Shown here piece by piece: positions 27,501 to 35,402 of a stretch of DNA of 64,000 nt (the stretch's first letter is position 1; each line of letters opens with the position of its first letter). The notes below the pieces were generated by a model. It was not told the DNA's origin. It worked only from the letters and a program-made list of their open reading frames with translations, and made no database searches. Origin of the DNA: Candidatus Omnitrophota bacterium (GTDB taxonomy: Bacteria; Omnitrophota; Gorgyraeia; Gygaellales; Profunditerraquicolaceae); assembly GCA_003598025.1 (NCBI GenBank), contig QZKH01000003.1, positions 106,048 through 170,047 of the forward strand, in the 5' to 3' direction. The position numbers and the translations under genes are program-made.

Positions 27501-27654
27501 TGATTACACGGTAAGGCACCAGAAGGCAAGCACTGACCCGTTATTTGACGGCATGATTTACCAAAAAGCATATTATGCAAGGGTAATGGAATATTTGTAC
27601 AACTTACCGTTTGCTTTTGAGGGATTGGCACAAGATGAAAAAACCGGAAAATAA
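24523..27654 (+). CDS. large exported/membrane-anchored protein of the polysaccharide locus (candidate glycan-modifying enzyme; family not recognised)
   Basis: 1043 aa. N-terminal signal anchor 'IAFVLIFVAGILFAGL', then a beta-rich region and a Trp/His-rich C-terminal region. Confidence 0.45.
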   Translation: MKNKRLNIAFVLIFVAGILFAGLSYAVLTKTKPLINKIKSKVKERVIANIPKAKDPLVICDFENSADLDKWNASKASVEISEEHPTSGKYSAKLTYEPSGDSSSVRIEKYFEKDRRIVNWSGYEALVFDIYNPNKNAERMILQVRDNSGGKVKIDLHLRPNANNRIEVDIRSLWDKLNPSKIDQLNLFLWGNKSVKAFYLDSVMLLPAAALEKVAKSISDDEFIPKEGEQVYALGDYLEFNKARWGSCEDGVSVPIYINNFTTAKLNSTVVRGGVPFGRGQLNSLDKLMLNDGAGNNIEFQAQIVSKWPDGSIKWALISFKPEVDAATIKKYNLVYSNAISRKKQESALKVDEGLKNIAINTGKIKLVIPKSGFYLYDKLWLDKNNDKKFDDSEIVSSKASLVLERDGKKYYSHLDKNYRLTVEKSGPLEACIKAEGWFVADNGKKYCKFIVRIHAYELSGEIKLQHTFVYTGYPENKYHYLYKGKRLPRNETIDAVYIELPVKIDGDKAVTFAADDKIMQSAFGGAISFLQLKPDSYTVTGSGKPIGSGNRLEGWLDLSSDGYGVSIGVKDFWQQFPKGFSVDKEAGKLKIDLWPKEAGKLDLKTTQKAYGPDAVARGSAFGLAKTHDLAFNFHNGNYEVGEVKNKIRSLLSDVVITSDPIWVSDTRVLGRIWPYDTRFKSAESFLSKLFDWGSRQVDKFSWYGMIDFGDTLSWYRKEAYDKSYDDWGWHPEGRHGWFNCEGVGTHAGALIQFLRTGNYKYYIFGKNLSRHIMDIDTCHYNTVANDSRLRGRIPEDYSRPGSMHRHNADHWGGRNEETSHTNVYGLVLYYYLTGNERARDVIDEVGSFFLKEHMTYFGHPDISPQRSIANVIWGDVVLYELTGEKKYKEQADKLVNLFFRGQKYNGAWPENYNPVRKRWEGKPHLSFMSQYTIPALINYHMITGNKAIAGCIINATDFLIESDEYGAILDALSYSYWLTGDKKYKDTLNKKLDYTVRHQKASTDPLFDGMIYQKAYYARVMEYLYNLPFAFEGLAQDEKTGK

Positions 27655-28459
27655 GAAAAAGTCTATACTAATGTACCACTCTGTGGGTTTTCCTGTTTTG
27701 GGGGATCCGGGTAACGGACTGTATTGTGTAAGTAAGGAGAATTTCAGGGAACAGATGCAATACATTACACAGGTCACAAAGACACAAAGTCACAAGGTCA
27801 CAGAACACAGTAAATTTGATGAAGTCCACAGTCCACAGTCTACAGTCCACGGTAAATTGGATGCTGTGGTCCGTCGACCGTCGACCGTCGACTGCTTAAT
27901 AACCTTTGACGACGGGGATGTGACGAATTTTACACAGGCTTATCCGGTATTAAAAGAACTGGGATTAACTGCGTATTTCTTTATATTAGCCGGCAAGATC
28001 GGCTCATCGGGCTATATGAGCTGGGGACAGATAAAAGAAATGCATGATAATGGCATGATTATCGGTTCGCATGGCATGACACATAGGATAATGCCCGCAC
28101 TATCCGATAAAGACATCAGGTATGAAATAAACACTTCAAAGGAATTCATTGAAGGCAAGCTTAAAACAAAGATTTATTATTTTTCGATACCGCGCGGATT
28201 CTATAATAAGAAAATATTGGGGATGCTGAAAAAAGCAGGATATAAAGGGGTTTTTACATCAGACTCCGGCAGGATAAATGATTATGAATTCGGCAGGATA
28301 GCGATCAGGAGCAATTGGGGGATAGGCCAGTTTAAAAAAGTATTGGAACGCGGGCCAAGCGTAAAAGATAAGCTTGAAGGAAGGCTTCGTAAGTCAGCGA
28401 TCAATTTGATAGGCATAAACAATTACGATAAATTAAGGATGGGATTGCTAAAGAAATGA
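27635..28459 (+). CDS. polysaccharide deacetylase (NodB homology domain) with N-terminal in-frame repeat insertion
   Basis: 'ITFDDGDVTNFTQAYPVLKELGLTAYFF...GSHGMTH' NodB motifs. ATG at 27635 after RBS gaggga; alternative TTG at 27611. Confidence 0.8.
   Translation: MKKPENKKKSILMYHSVGFPVLGDPGNGLYCVSKENFREQMQYITQVTKTQSHKVTEHSKFDEVHSPQSTVHGKLDAVVRRPSTVDCLITFDDGDVTNFTQAYPVLKELGLTAYFFILAGKIGSSGYMSWGQIKEMHDNGMIIGSHGMTHRIMPALSDKDIRYEINTSKEFIEGKLKTKIYYFSIPRGFYNKKILGMLKKAGYKGVFTSDSGRINDYEFGRIAIRSNWGIGQFKKVLERGPSVKDKLEGRLRKSAINLIGINNYDKLRMGLLKK
27771..27894 (+). repeat. in-CDS composite repeat insertion (modules H-D-G)
   Basis: gtcacaaagacacaaagtcacaagg, cacagtaaat, gtccacagtccacagtc, gtggtccgtcgaccgtcgaccgtcgac. 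Encodes QVTKTQSHKVTEHSKFDEVHSPQSTVHGKLDAVVRRPSTVD. Confidence 0.8.
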
Positions 28460-29229
28460 AGATATTATTCTGGGTTTCACTGTTGGTAATAATTTATGTT
28501 TATCTCGGGTATCCGTTATTGGCGTACCTGTTTTCGCTGCTTTATAAAAAACCATTAGCCGCAAAATATGTTTATCCGACGGTATCTATCTTGATTTCGG
28601 TCCATAATGAGGAGATAAATATCCGGAATAAGATTAATTCTTTGATGGAACTTGATTATCCGCAGGATAGATTAGAGATTATTTTCGGGTCGGATGGGAG
28701 TACGGATGGCACCGAAGAAATAATAAAACGAGATATTGAGGCCACAAGGCCACAAGGTCACAAGGTCACATTAGTAAGGCAGGAGAAGAGGCTGGGGAAG
28801 CCGAGCATGCTGAATAAGCTGGTAAAAGAAGCCAAAGGAGAAATCCTTGTCTTTACCGATGCCAGGCAGAGGTTGGACAATAATGCCTTAAAAGAGCTGG
28901 TCAAGCATTTTGCCGACGGAAAAGTTGGCTCGGTCAGTTCAGAGTTGATTTATGAGGATGAATCGCCGGAAAATAAGTCTTCAGGCGGAATTAACCTTTA
29001 TTGGGAATATGAAAAGTTTATCCGTAAAAGTGAATCACGCATGGGCTCTATGCTTGGGGCGACAGGCGCTCTCTATGCGATAAGAAGCAAGCTCTTCCCG
29101 GGGCTGCCTGAGGATATGATATTGGATGATGTTTATATCCCCATGAAAATTGTTGAAAAGGGCTATCGTGCGGTATTTGACTCTAAGGCCAAGATTTATG
29201 ATAAGGTATTCAGCGCGACCCGAAGATAG
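28456..29229 (+). CDS. family 2 glycosyltransferase, catalytic portion (apparently truncated by a frameshift near 29200-29245)
   Basis: 'YPTVSILISVHNEEINIRNKINSL' GT2 N-terminus, 'DAR' region, then a stop after ...FSATRR. Confidence 0.6.
   Translation: MKILFWVSLLVIIYVYLGYPLLAYLFSLLYKKPLAAKYVYPTVSILISVHNEEINIRNKINSLMELDYPQDRLEIIFGSDGSTDGTEEIIKRDIEATRPQGHKVTLVRQEKRLGKPSMLNKLVKEAKGEILVFTDARQRLDNNALKELVKHFADGKVGSVSSELIYEDESPENKSSGGINLYWEYEKFIRKSESRMGSMLGATGALYAIRSKLFPGLPEDMILDDVYIPMKIVEKGYRAVFDSKAKIYDKVFSATRR
28741..28770 (+). repeat. in-CDS insertion of module E (gccacaaggccacaaggtcacaaggtcaca)
   Basis: encodes ATRPQGHKVT. Confidence 0.7.
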
Positions 29230-29243
29230 AATTTTCCAGAAGG

Positions 29244-29624
29244 GTGCGCACACTGGCAGGGAATTTCCAGTTATTTTATTACCTCAAAGAGTTATTTAAT
29301 CCATTCAGGGGCAAAATATCCTGGCAGTTTTTTTCACATAAATTTTTAAGGCTGATTATTCCGCTATTCCTGGCACTGCTATTATTATCCAGCGCCTTTT
29401 TATTTAACGAGCCGTTTTATAGATTATTTTTATTTTCTCAGGAGGCGTTTTATATCTTTGCTATACTCGGTAAATATTCAAAGCGCCGCAATAAAATTTT
29501 CGATGTTCCGTATATGTTCTGTATTATGAATTATGCTGCGGTAATCGGTTTTTACCGTTTCTTAAACAATAAACAGGGGGTCCTATGGGAAAAGGCAGCA
29601 ACTTTGGATTTACGCAAAGCTTAA
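29244..29624 (+). CDS. C-terminal membrane segment of the GT2 (probable continuation of 28456-29229 in another frame)
   Basis: GTG-initiated 126-aa ORF. The upstream in-frame translation reads ...EFSRRVRTLAGNFQ, resembling the GT2 QxxRW/...GNxQ region, followed by TM helices. Confidence 0.4.
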   Translation: MRTLAGNFQLFYYLKELFNPFRGKISWQFFSHKFLRLIIPLFLALLLLSSAFLFNEPFYRLFLFSQEAFYIFAILGKYSKRRNKIFDVPYMFCIMNYAAVIGFYRFLNNKQGVLWEKAATLDLRKA

Positions 29625-30433
29625 ATAAAGAATCTGTTATCAGGCTGGCTGTAATTGCCGGGTTGATTATTATTTCGTATATTCCGACTTTAATCTGGAT
29701 GGTCGAAAGATGGACGGCAAAGGATACGTATTATAGCCATGGTTTTCTTGTGCCTTTTATCAGTTTATACTTGGTTTGGCAGAAAAGGCCTGTTTTGTCA
29801 AAGATAAAGCCTCAGCCGCTGGCAAAAGGCTGGATTGTTTTTGCCGCAGGTACGCTTATCCACATTATCAGCGCTTTATGGAGGGTTTATTTTACTTCGG
29901 GTTTCTCCATTTTGCTTGTCATATCCGGGCTGATACTTATTTTCTTAGGCAAAGAGTTCCTTAAAAAACTTATTTTCCCCGTATTATTCCTGATATTTAT
30001 GATACCTCTGCCGTTGGTTGCAATTGCTAATTTAAGTTTTAAATTGAAGATTTTAGCTGCGCAGCTCTCGACGGTAATCATCAATAAGTTAGGTGTGCCG
30101 GCGATAAGGGATGGAAGCGTAATAAAAACAATGAATTCCTATATAATTGTCGAGGACCCTTGCTCAGGGATAAGGTCGTTGATCGCGCTTATCGCATTGG
30201 GCGCGCTTATGGCTTATAACAGCAGCCTGCCGGTCATCAAAAAATATATCTTATTTGTTTCCGCGGTCCCCGTTGCTATCGCCGGAAATGTTATCAGGAT
30301 AGTCGCGCTTTCGCTTGCCAGCGAGATGTACGGCTCAAAATTAGCCGCAGGTTTGTTTCATACAGTTATGGGCGTAGTGGTTTTTGTATTCGCGTTTTTT
30401 GCATTACTCTTAATAGGGAAGGTGCTGGAATGA
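29585..30433 (+). CDS. xrt: exosortase (XrtA-like, PEP-CTERM-specific transpeptidase)
   Basis: Eight TM helices. 'YYSHGFLVPFISLYLVW' N-terminal motif, active-site 'DPCSGIRSL' Cys, conserved Arg/Asn region 'AGNVIRIVAL'. Confidence 0.8.
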   Translation: MGKGSNFGFTQSLNKESVIRLAVIAGLIIISYIPTLIWMVERWTAKDTYYSHGFLVPFISLYLVWQKRPVLSKIKPQPLAKGWIVFAAGTLIHIISALWRVYFTSGFSILLVISGLILIFLGKEFLKKLIFPVLFLIFMIPLPLVAIANLSFKLKILAAQLSTVIINKLGVPAIRDGSVIKTMNSYIIVEDPCSGIRSLIALIALGALMAYNSSLPVIKKYILFVSAVPVAIAGNVIRIVALSLASEMYGSKLAAGLFHTVMGVVVFVFAFFALLLIGKVLE

Positions 30434-31050
30434 AAAATAAAACATTTTATATTGCTGCGGCCGTTTTGTTATTTACGTCGGTAGTCTGCATCGTGTCATA
30501 TTTCCCATCGAGTTTTGACAAATCTGAGGATGCGAAAGTCGCAACTTTTCCGAAAGAAATCAACGGATGGGTTGCGCGTGACCTTGAAATATCCGAGCGC
30601 GATTATAAGATACTTGAAACGAGGAATCTTTTTGTCAGGGAATATACAAATGCTGCGCAGGAGAAGGTGTATTTTTATTTTATTTATTCTCTTGATAACC
30701 GAAAGGTCAGCCATCCTCCGGAGATTTGTTATATGGGCAGCGGAGTAACTGTTGTTGATAAATCAACAGTTCAACTGACAGATAAAATAAAAGCCGTAAA
30801 GTTAATAATTGAAAAAGCAGACCATCGTCAGTTGGTTGCTTATTGGTTTCAGGCAGGCGCCTTTAATACACATAAATATTTACTACAGCAATTAAGGGTT
30901 GTTTTGAATAGGGCTGTGGGGAAACAGACACCGAATGCGCTCATAAGGCTTTCGGCTGATTTTACTCCCGGGCAGGAGGGGAAAGCTTTAAATACATTAA
31001 AAGCCTTTACTCGTGATATTGAGCCTTCAGTTAGTAACTTTTTTAAATAA
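30430..31050 (+). CDS. epsI: EpsI family protein (exosortase-associated)
   Basis: Signal anchor; 'SHPPEICYMGSG' hallmark HxPExCY motif. The ATG overlaps the exosortase stop (ATGA). Confidence 0.8.
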   Translation: MKNKTFYIAAAVLLFTSVVCIVSYFPSSFDKSEDAKVATFPKEINGWVARDLEISERDYKILETRNLFVREYTNAAQEKVYFYFIYSLDNRKVSHPPEICYMGSGVTVVDKSTVQLTDKIKAVKLIIEKADHRQLVAYWFQAGAFNTHKYLLQQLRVVLNRAVGKQTPNALIRLSADFTPGQEGKALNTLKAFTRDIEPSVSNFFK

Positions 31051-31276
31051 ATTGTTGAAAATAATATACTCTTCGGGCTTATCTATCCCTTTGATAATCA
31101 AGTAGTTAAATACATGCGCTAAGCACGGCATTATTATGTTGCAGGATGTAAACATAGCCTTATATTTGCACATTTATTAGGCAATGGTTAGCAGAAGGCA
31201 AGGTTGGGATATCATCATAACTCCTTATAATGCATATATATAAAAATTTTAAAAAAGTTTTTAATTTTTCTGTTTA

Positions 31277-31292
31277 TGGCATGAATCTTGCT
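31277..31292 (+). promoter_or_regulatory. candidate sigma-54 (-24/-12) promoter for the sugar-transferase/PEP-CTERM operon
   Basis: TGGCATGAATCTTGCT matches consensus TGGCACGnnnnTTGCW at 15/16 positions. It lies about 80 nt upstream of the ATG at 31374. Confidence 0.45.
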
Positions 31293-31373
31293 ATAAATAT
31301 ATATACTAGGTAAGATTTTGTAGGGTAATACCCTCCAACACCCATCTCGGTTGTCCCTAGTACTTAAAATCTG

Positions 31374-32249
31374 ATGAAAGCGAAAAATAAAAACAAAATT
31401 TCAAAATTCAGCCTGTTGGCGGCGATCCTGTTTATTTCCGGCATGTTGTTGGCATTTGAGCCGGTTTTCAGCATAAAAAATATTTTTGCAGTGACTTATG
31501 TTGAGCATCCATCTATCGTTGAAGATTCAAGCCTGAATAGCGGTTACTCTGCACAAGAACCTAACCAGCGAACCCCCAATAAAGCCCGCGCGCCTGAACC
31601 AAGCAGTATGTTTTTGCTTTTAAGCGGCCTGACCGGCATGCTTGTCAGGTTTGCAAGAAAGAGTTATGAACGTTTTAAGAGGCTTGCTGATATCATCTTA
31701 GCTTTTGTGGCTGCTGTGTTTGCTTTGCCTGTTATGGCTTTTGCAGCCCTGTTGATAAAATTGACTTCATCCGGGCCGTTTATCTACAGGCAGGATAGGG
31801 TAGGCAAGGGCGGGCAAATATTCCGTATTTATAAATTAAGGACAATGTATGTTAACGCTGAAAAAGGCACAGGCGCCGTGTGGGCAAGAAAAAATGACCC
31901 CAGGATTACGCCTGTCGGAAAGCTTCTCAGGAAAACTCATATTGATGAAGTCCCGCAGTTAATCAATGTCCTAAAAGGAGAGATGAGTATTGTAGGGCCG
32001 CGCCCTGAAAGGCCAGAGTTGGTAAGGGAATTAAAAACCTTAATCGTTGATTACGAAAAAAGGCTCTCCGTTAAGCCTGGTATCACGGGTTTGGCGCAGG
32101 TTTGGCATAAATATGACGAGACTTTAGAAGACGTTAAAAAGAAAATTAAAATTGATTTGTTATACATCAAGAGAATGTGCCTTGCCGCTGATTTAAGAAT
32201 AATGGCAGGGACAGTGCTTGTGATGTTAACAGGAAAAGGAGCAAGGTAA
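31374..32249 (+). CDS. undecaprenyl-phosphate sugar phosphotransferase (Bac_transf family) with N-terminal extension containing a PEP-CTERM-like motif
   Basis: Catalytic 'PFIYRQDRVGKGGQIFRIYKLRTM...IDEVPQLINVLKGEMSIVGPRPERPE'. The N-terminal 100 aa contain a signal-like helix plus 'APEPSSMFLLLSGLTGMLVRFARK'. Confidence 0.85.
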   Translation: MKAKNKNKISKFSLLAAILFISGMLLAFEPVFSIKNIFAVTYVEHPSIVEDSSLNSGYSAQEPNQRTPNKARAPEPSSMFLLLSGLTGMLVRFARKSYERFKRLADIILAFVAAVFALPVMAFAALLIKLTSSGPFIYRQDRVGKGGQIFRIYKLRTMYVNAEKGTGAVWARKNDPRITPVGKLLRKTHIDEVPQLINVLKGEMSIVGPRPERPELVRELKTLIVDYEKRLSVKPGITGLAQVWHKYDETLEDVKKKIKIDLLYIKRMCLAADLRIMAGTVLVMLTGKGAR

Positions 32250-32250
32250 A

Positions 32251-32886
32251 ATGAAAAAATTAATATTTGTATTTGTCTTATTGATTTCACTCTTTATTTT
32301 TAATCAGGCTGATGCTTCTCTTTGGCTTGATGCTACACCTTCAATTTATATTAACAGCAATCCTGACCCGTGGTTTACGGATAGCTGGATAACCGGCCCG
32401 GGTGATTTTACTCTCAGGATTACAAACACTTTTACTCAAGATGATATTGAGGATGTTTATCTCGTTATCGCTTTGAAAGAAAGCACAAAAGATGGGTTAT
32501 CTATTGATATAGACGGAGACGGGCTTGATGATAGTGATTTTGATACTTCCGGAGATCATCCGTATATCACGGATTCGCACGGAGTTTTCGGCGACGATAC
32601 ATATTTCTATGATTATTATATCGGGAACCTTGCCGCAGAAGAGTATATTGAATTTGATATATCAATAGAAACAGAGGGTTCTCCTATCGTGCATTTTGAC
32701 GCATACGGTTATAAAGTGAAGAATAACGGCGATCTTTTATTGGTGGATAATCCCAATTCCCATGATGTAACCTGGGATCCTCCGTTGTATATTGAATTGA
32801 CCAATACCGTACCTGAACCGGCAACATTATCATTGCTTGGCTTAGGCATGATGGGTTTGCTTTTCTCAAGAAGGCGTAAATGCTAA
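32251..32886 (+). CDS. PEP-CTERM sorting-domain protein 1
   Basis: Signal peptide; C-terminal 'VPEPATLSLLGLGMMGLLFSRRRKC'. Confidence 0.85.
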   Translation: MKKLIFVFVLLISLFIFNQADASLWLDATPSIYINSNPDPWFTDSWITGPGDFTLRITNTFTQDDIEDVYLVIALKESTKDGLSIDIDGDGLDDSDFDTSGDHPYITDSHGVFGDDTYFYDYYIGNLAAEEYIEFDISIETEGSPIVHFDAYGYKVKNNGDLLLVDNPNSHDVTWDPPLYIELTNTVPEPATLSLLGLGMMGLLFSRRRKC

Positions 32887-33584
32887 AGTTAATAAGTATA
32901 GTTTTAGCTATTCTGGTATTGACGATCGCGATAAGCGCGGATATTTACGCTTATACGGTTACTTATCTTGACCCTTATTCCAGCGCAACCACGCTTTACA
33001 GCGCAGCAGGGGACAGGATAGGCAATATAGCGTTTGAATTATATAAAGTTGACGTAACAAAAGCAGGAAACAATCTTACCTTTGATATCTATTCAAATTA
33101 CTCTTCTTCAGGATATTCTGTAGGTTCATGGCATACAATGCCTGCTGACCTGGCGCTGGATGTAAATAATGACGGGACATATGACTATGGTGTGGCATTC
33201 CGTAATCACGACGGCTTAATACAAGGTAAGCTTTATTCAGTTTCGGATTGGTACATTTCAGGCTATGACCGGCCGGGTAATGGTTTCATCTGGCATCACG
33301 GAGAATTAGTCAGTATAAAGGATATTGATGCCGAACTTGGCGATGCTGCAGTTACCTGGAATGATTTAGGCGGCAGCAACCCGCATTACAAAATAAGCAC
33401 AGTTATTGATATGAATGATTTCTTACCTAACGGTTACAGCGGAGATTTAGGTTTTTTCTATGGCGGTGCAACATGCGCCAATGATTACATAGGCGGGATA
33501 TTTTCAATAACAACCCCTGAGCCTGCATCGTTATCTTTGTTCGGCTTAGGATTACTCGGTTTAATAATACGCAGGAAGAAATAG
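32880..33584 (+). CDS. PEP-CTERM sorting-domain protein 2
   Basis: Signal peptide; C-terminal 'TPEPASLSLFGLGLLGLIIRRKK'. Confidence 0.85.
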   Translation: MLKLISIVLAILVLTIAISADIYAYTVTYLDPYSSATTLYSAAGDRIGNIAFELYKVDVTKAGNNLTFDIYSNYSSSGYSVGSWHTMPADLALDVNNDGTYDYGVAFRNHDGLIQGKLYSVSDWYISGYDRPGNGFIWHHGELVSIKDIDAELGDAAVTWNDLGGSNPHYKISTVIDMNDFLPNGYSGDLGFFYGGATCANDYIGGIFSITTPEPASLSLFGLGLLGLIIRRKK

Positions 33585-33597
33585 GAAAGGAGAGGAT

Positions 33598-34206
33598 ATG
33601 TTTCGGGTCAAGTTATTGGTTGCGGTTATGTGTATTTCTTTATTGTCTTTTATCAGCGCGCACGCAGCGTTAATAAACGGAGGTTTTGAAACAGGCGACC
33701 TTTCTGGATGGTCAAATAATTCCGGCATTTTGGCAGCTACAGTTAATTCGTATTCAGGAGACATTGCATATTCTCCCGTGGAAGGTGATTATTTTTTAAA
33801 GCTTACAAGCGGATTGGGCACAGGTGCCTATTCAATAGTGAACCAGTCTTTGAGTTTGCAGCAGGGTGCTAAACTTTCCGGCTGGGCTGCTTTTGATGCA
33901 GGTGACTACCTGCCTTACAATGATGATGCATACGTAAAAATCGGTAACTCTACTGTATGGAGCAGGGATATTTCCCAGGTTGGTAATTATGGATATACAA
34001 ATTGGCAGCAATGGAATTGGGAAGCGCCAACAGCCGGGAGCTATACGCTGGAATTTGGTGTACGCAATGTCGGAGATAATGGGCTTAGCAGTTTAGCTTT
34101 ATTTGATGCCAATTTTTTGGCGACCTCTGCTGTGCCTGAGCCGGCAACAATGTCTTTGTTCGGCTTAGGATTGTTAGGCTTAGGTCTTATTAAAAGGAAG
34201 AAATAG
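33598..34206 (+). CDS. PEP-CTERM sorting-domain protein 3
   Basis: Signal peptide; C-terminal 'VPEPATMSLFGLGLLGLGLIKRKK'; RBS ggaaaggagagg upstream. Confidence 0.85.
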   Translation: MFRVKLLVAVMCISLLSFISAHAALINGGFETGDLSGWSNNSGILAATVNSYSGDIAYSPVEGDYFLKLTSGLGTGAYSIVNQSLSLQQGAKLSGWAAFDAGDYLPYNDDAYVKIGNSTVWSRDISQVGNYGYTNWQQWNWEAPTAGSYTLEFGVRNVGDNGLSSLALFDANFLATSAVPEPATMSLFGLGLLGLGLIKRKK

Positions 34207-34228
34207 ATTTAAATATATTAAGAAGGAG

Positions 34229-34894
34229 GTGAAACAAATGAAGAAGTTGCTATTTTTAACTGCAGCGTTAATATTGGGAGTAAGCGTAGTTTCTTACGCA
34301 GCATTGATAGACCTTGGTATGGCAACAGGTTCTGGAGAACTAAAGATGTTTGAAATCTACAATGCTATGTATAGTACTGGTTTTACCAATAATGATCAGC
34401 TTGAAGCTCTTGAAGTTGATCTGGCTATAGGCGGCGGAAAATACAAGTCAAATTCCGGGACTGTCGGGCTGGTGGCAAGGTATGCAAGCGCACCGGTTAC
34501 TTTAAGATATTACGACAGCGGCGGTGACCATGATTTGGATCCAGCCTTAGTTAATCTTGCAGGTGGAAGTGCGCTATATGCTCCTCCCGTAATTACGTTT
34601 TACACAGTTACAGGGACTGAAGAATTCGGAATGTGGGGGTTGACTTCAGCCGGAAAGTTTTACTCCGAGAAGTCATTAAATGCTGACGGAAAATATCATT
34701 TTCTGGTTTTAAGCACTCCGGATCCGAAGAAATTCTTGATAGGGTTTGAAGACAGGTCAGCCGGTGCAGACTGGGATTATAATGACTTTGTTTTTGAGAC
34801 TTATAACATATTCGCAACTCCCGAGCCTACAAGTATGTTGTTATTAGGGATGGGCGCTTTAGGATTGTTAGGTTTAAAGAGAAAAAAGGCCTAA
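34229..34894 (+). CDS. PEP-CTERM sorting-domain protein 4
   Basis: Signal peptide; C-terminal 'TPEPTSMLLLGMGALGLLGLKRKKA'; RBS aaggaggtg upstream. Confidence 0.85.
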   Translation: MKQMKKLLFLTAALILGVSVVSYAALIDLGMATGSGELKMFEIYNAMYSTGFTNNDQLEALEVDLAIGGGKYKSNSGTVGLVARYASAPVTLRYYDSGGDHDLDPALVNLAGGSALYAPPVITFYTVTGTEEFGMWGLTSAGKFYSEKSLNADGKYHFLVLSTPDPKKFLIGFEDRSAGADWDYNDFVFETYNIFATPEPTSMLLLGMGALGLLGLKRKKA

Positions 34895-34962
34895 GTTTTT
34901 TCTTTACCGATAATTCTATAAATGCCCCCTTATAGGTGTGCATTTTCGAAAATGTAAAAATA

Positions 34963-34996
34963 AGGGGGTAAATCGTAAGGTTTACCCCTTTTATTT
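34963..34996 (+). terminator. intrinsic terminator
   Basis: ggggtaaa-tcgtaagg-tttacccc hairpin followed by TTTTATTT. Confidence 0.55.
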
Positions 34997-35012
34997 AACT
35001 CTAAAGGAAAAT

Positions 35013-35285
35013 ATGAGATTAAGCAAGAAATTAACAACCTTATCTCTAATGTCTTTTGTCGCTGGTTGTGGAGGGAGCGATGGAGGGGGAGGTTTATTGA
35101 GCTCTATTTTTGGCGGCAGCTCTGCCGGAGCATCAGCTGGTGTTTTAGATTCCGGAGTTGTTGATGGAGCCTCTTTAGCCCTGACCCATAATCCCGAACC
35201 CAGCAGCCTACTCTTACTCTCAAGCGGTCTCCTTGGAATGGCTGTTTATGCCAGGGCAAAGGCTTGGAAAAAAGGTAAGAAATAA
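35013..35285 (+). CDS. mini PEP-CTERM lipoprotein (Gly/Ser-rich)
   Basis: Lipobox 'LMSFVAGCGG', Gly/Ser-rich middle, C-terminal 'NPEPSSLLLLSSGLLGMAVYARAKAWKKGKK'. ATG at 35013 after RBS aaggaaa. Confidence 0.7.
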   Translation: MRLSKKLTTLSLMSFVAGCGGSDGGGGLLSSIFGGSSAGASAGVLDSGVVDGASLALTHNPEPSSLLLLSSGLLGMAVYARAKAWKKGKK

Positions 35286-35330
35286 TCCCGCGTTTTTACC
35301 TAACTCTTAGAAAAATAAGATTTTTTGTCC

Positions 35331-35359
35331 TTGACAAAAAGCCGTCAGAAGGTTATACT
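35331..35359 (+). promoter_or_regulatory. sigma-70-type promoter (TTGACA-17-TATACT)
   Basis: TTGACA at 35331-35336, a 17-nt spacer, then TATACT at 35354-35359. Confidence 0.5.
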
Positions 35360-35402
35360 ATACTACCTCTCTTTGAGGTTCTTGATTAACCCCCAAAAAA
35401 TA

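Noticed and set aside
20425-28775. In-CDS repeat insertions as simple assembly artefacts
   Set aside because: This cannot be excluded without reads. Several points argue against it. Eight independent insertions all preserve the reading frame. They differ in module content. They sit at loop-like positions between conserved motifs. They are related to but not identical with the intergenic copies. The insertions are therefore reported as a finding, with this caveat.
34937-34960. Possible sigma-54 element upstream of the mini PEP-CTERM lipoprotein (aggtgtgcattttcgaaa)
   Set aside because: The GG...GC spacing is one base off and the -12 region is TCGA rather than TTGC, which is too weak a match to report.
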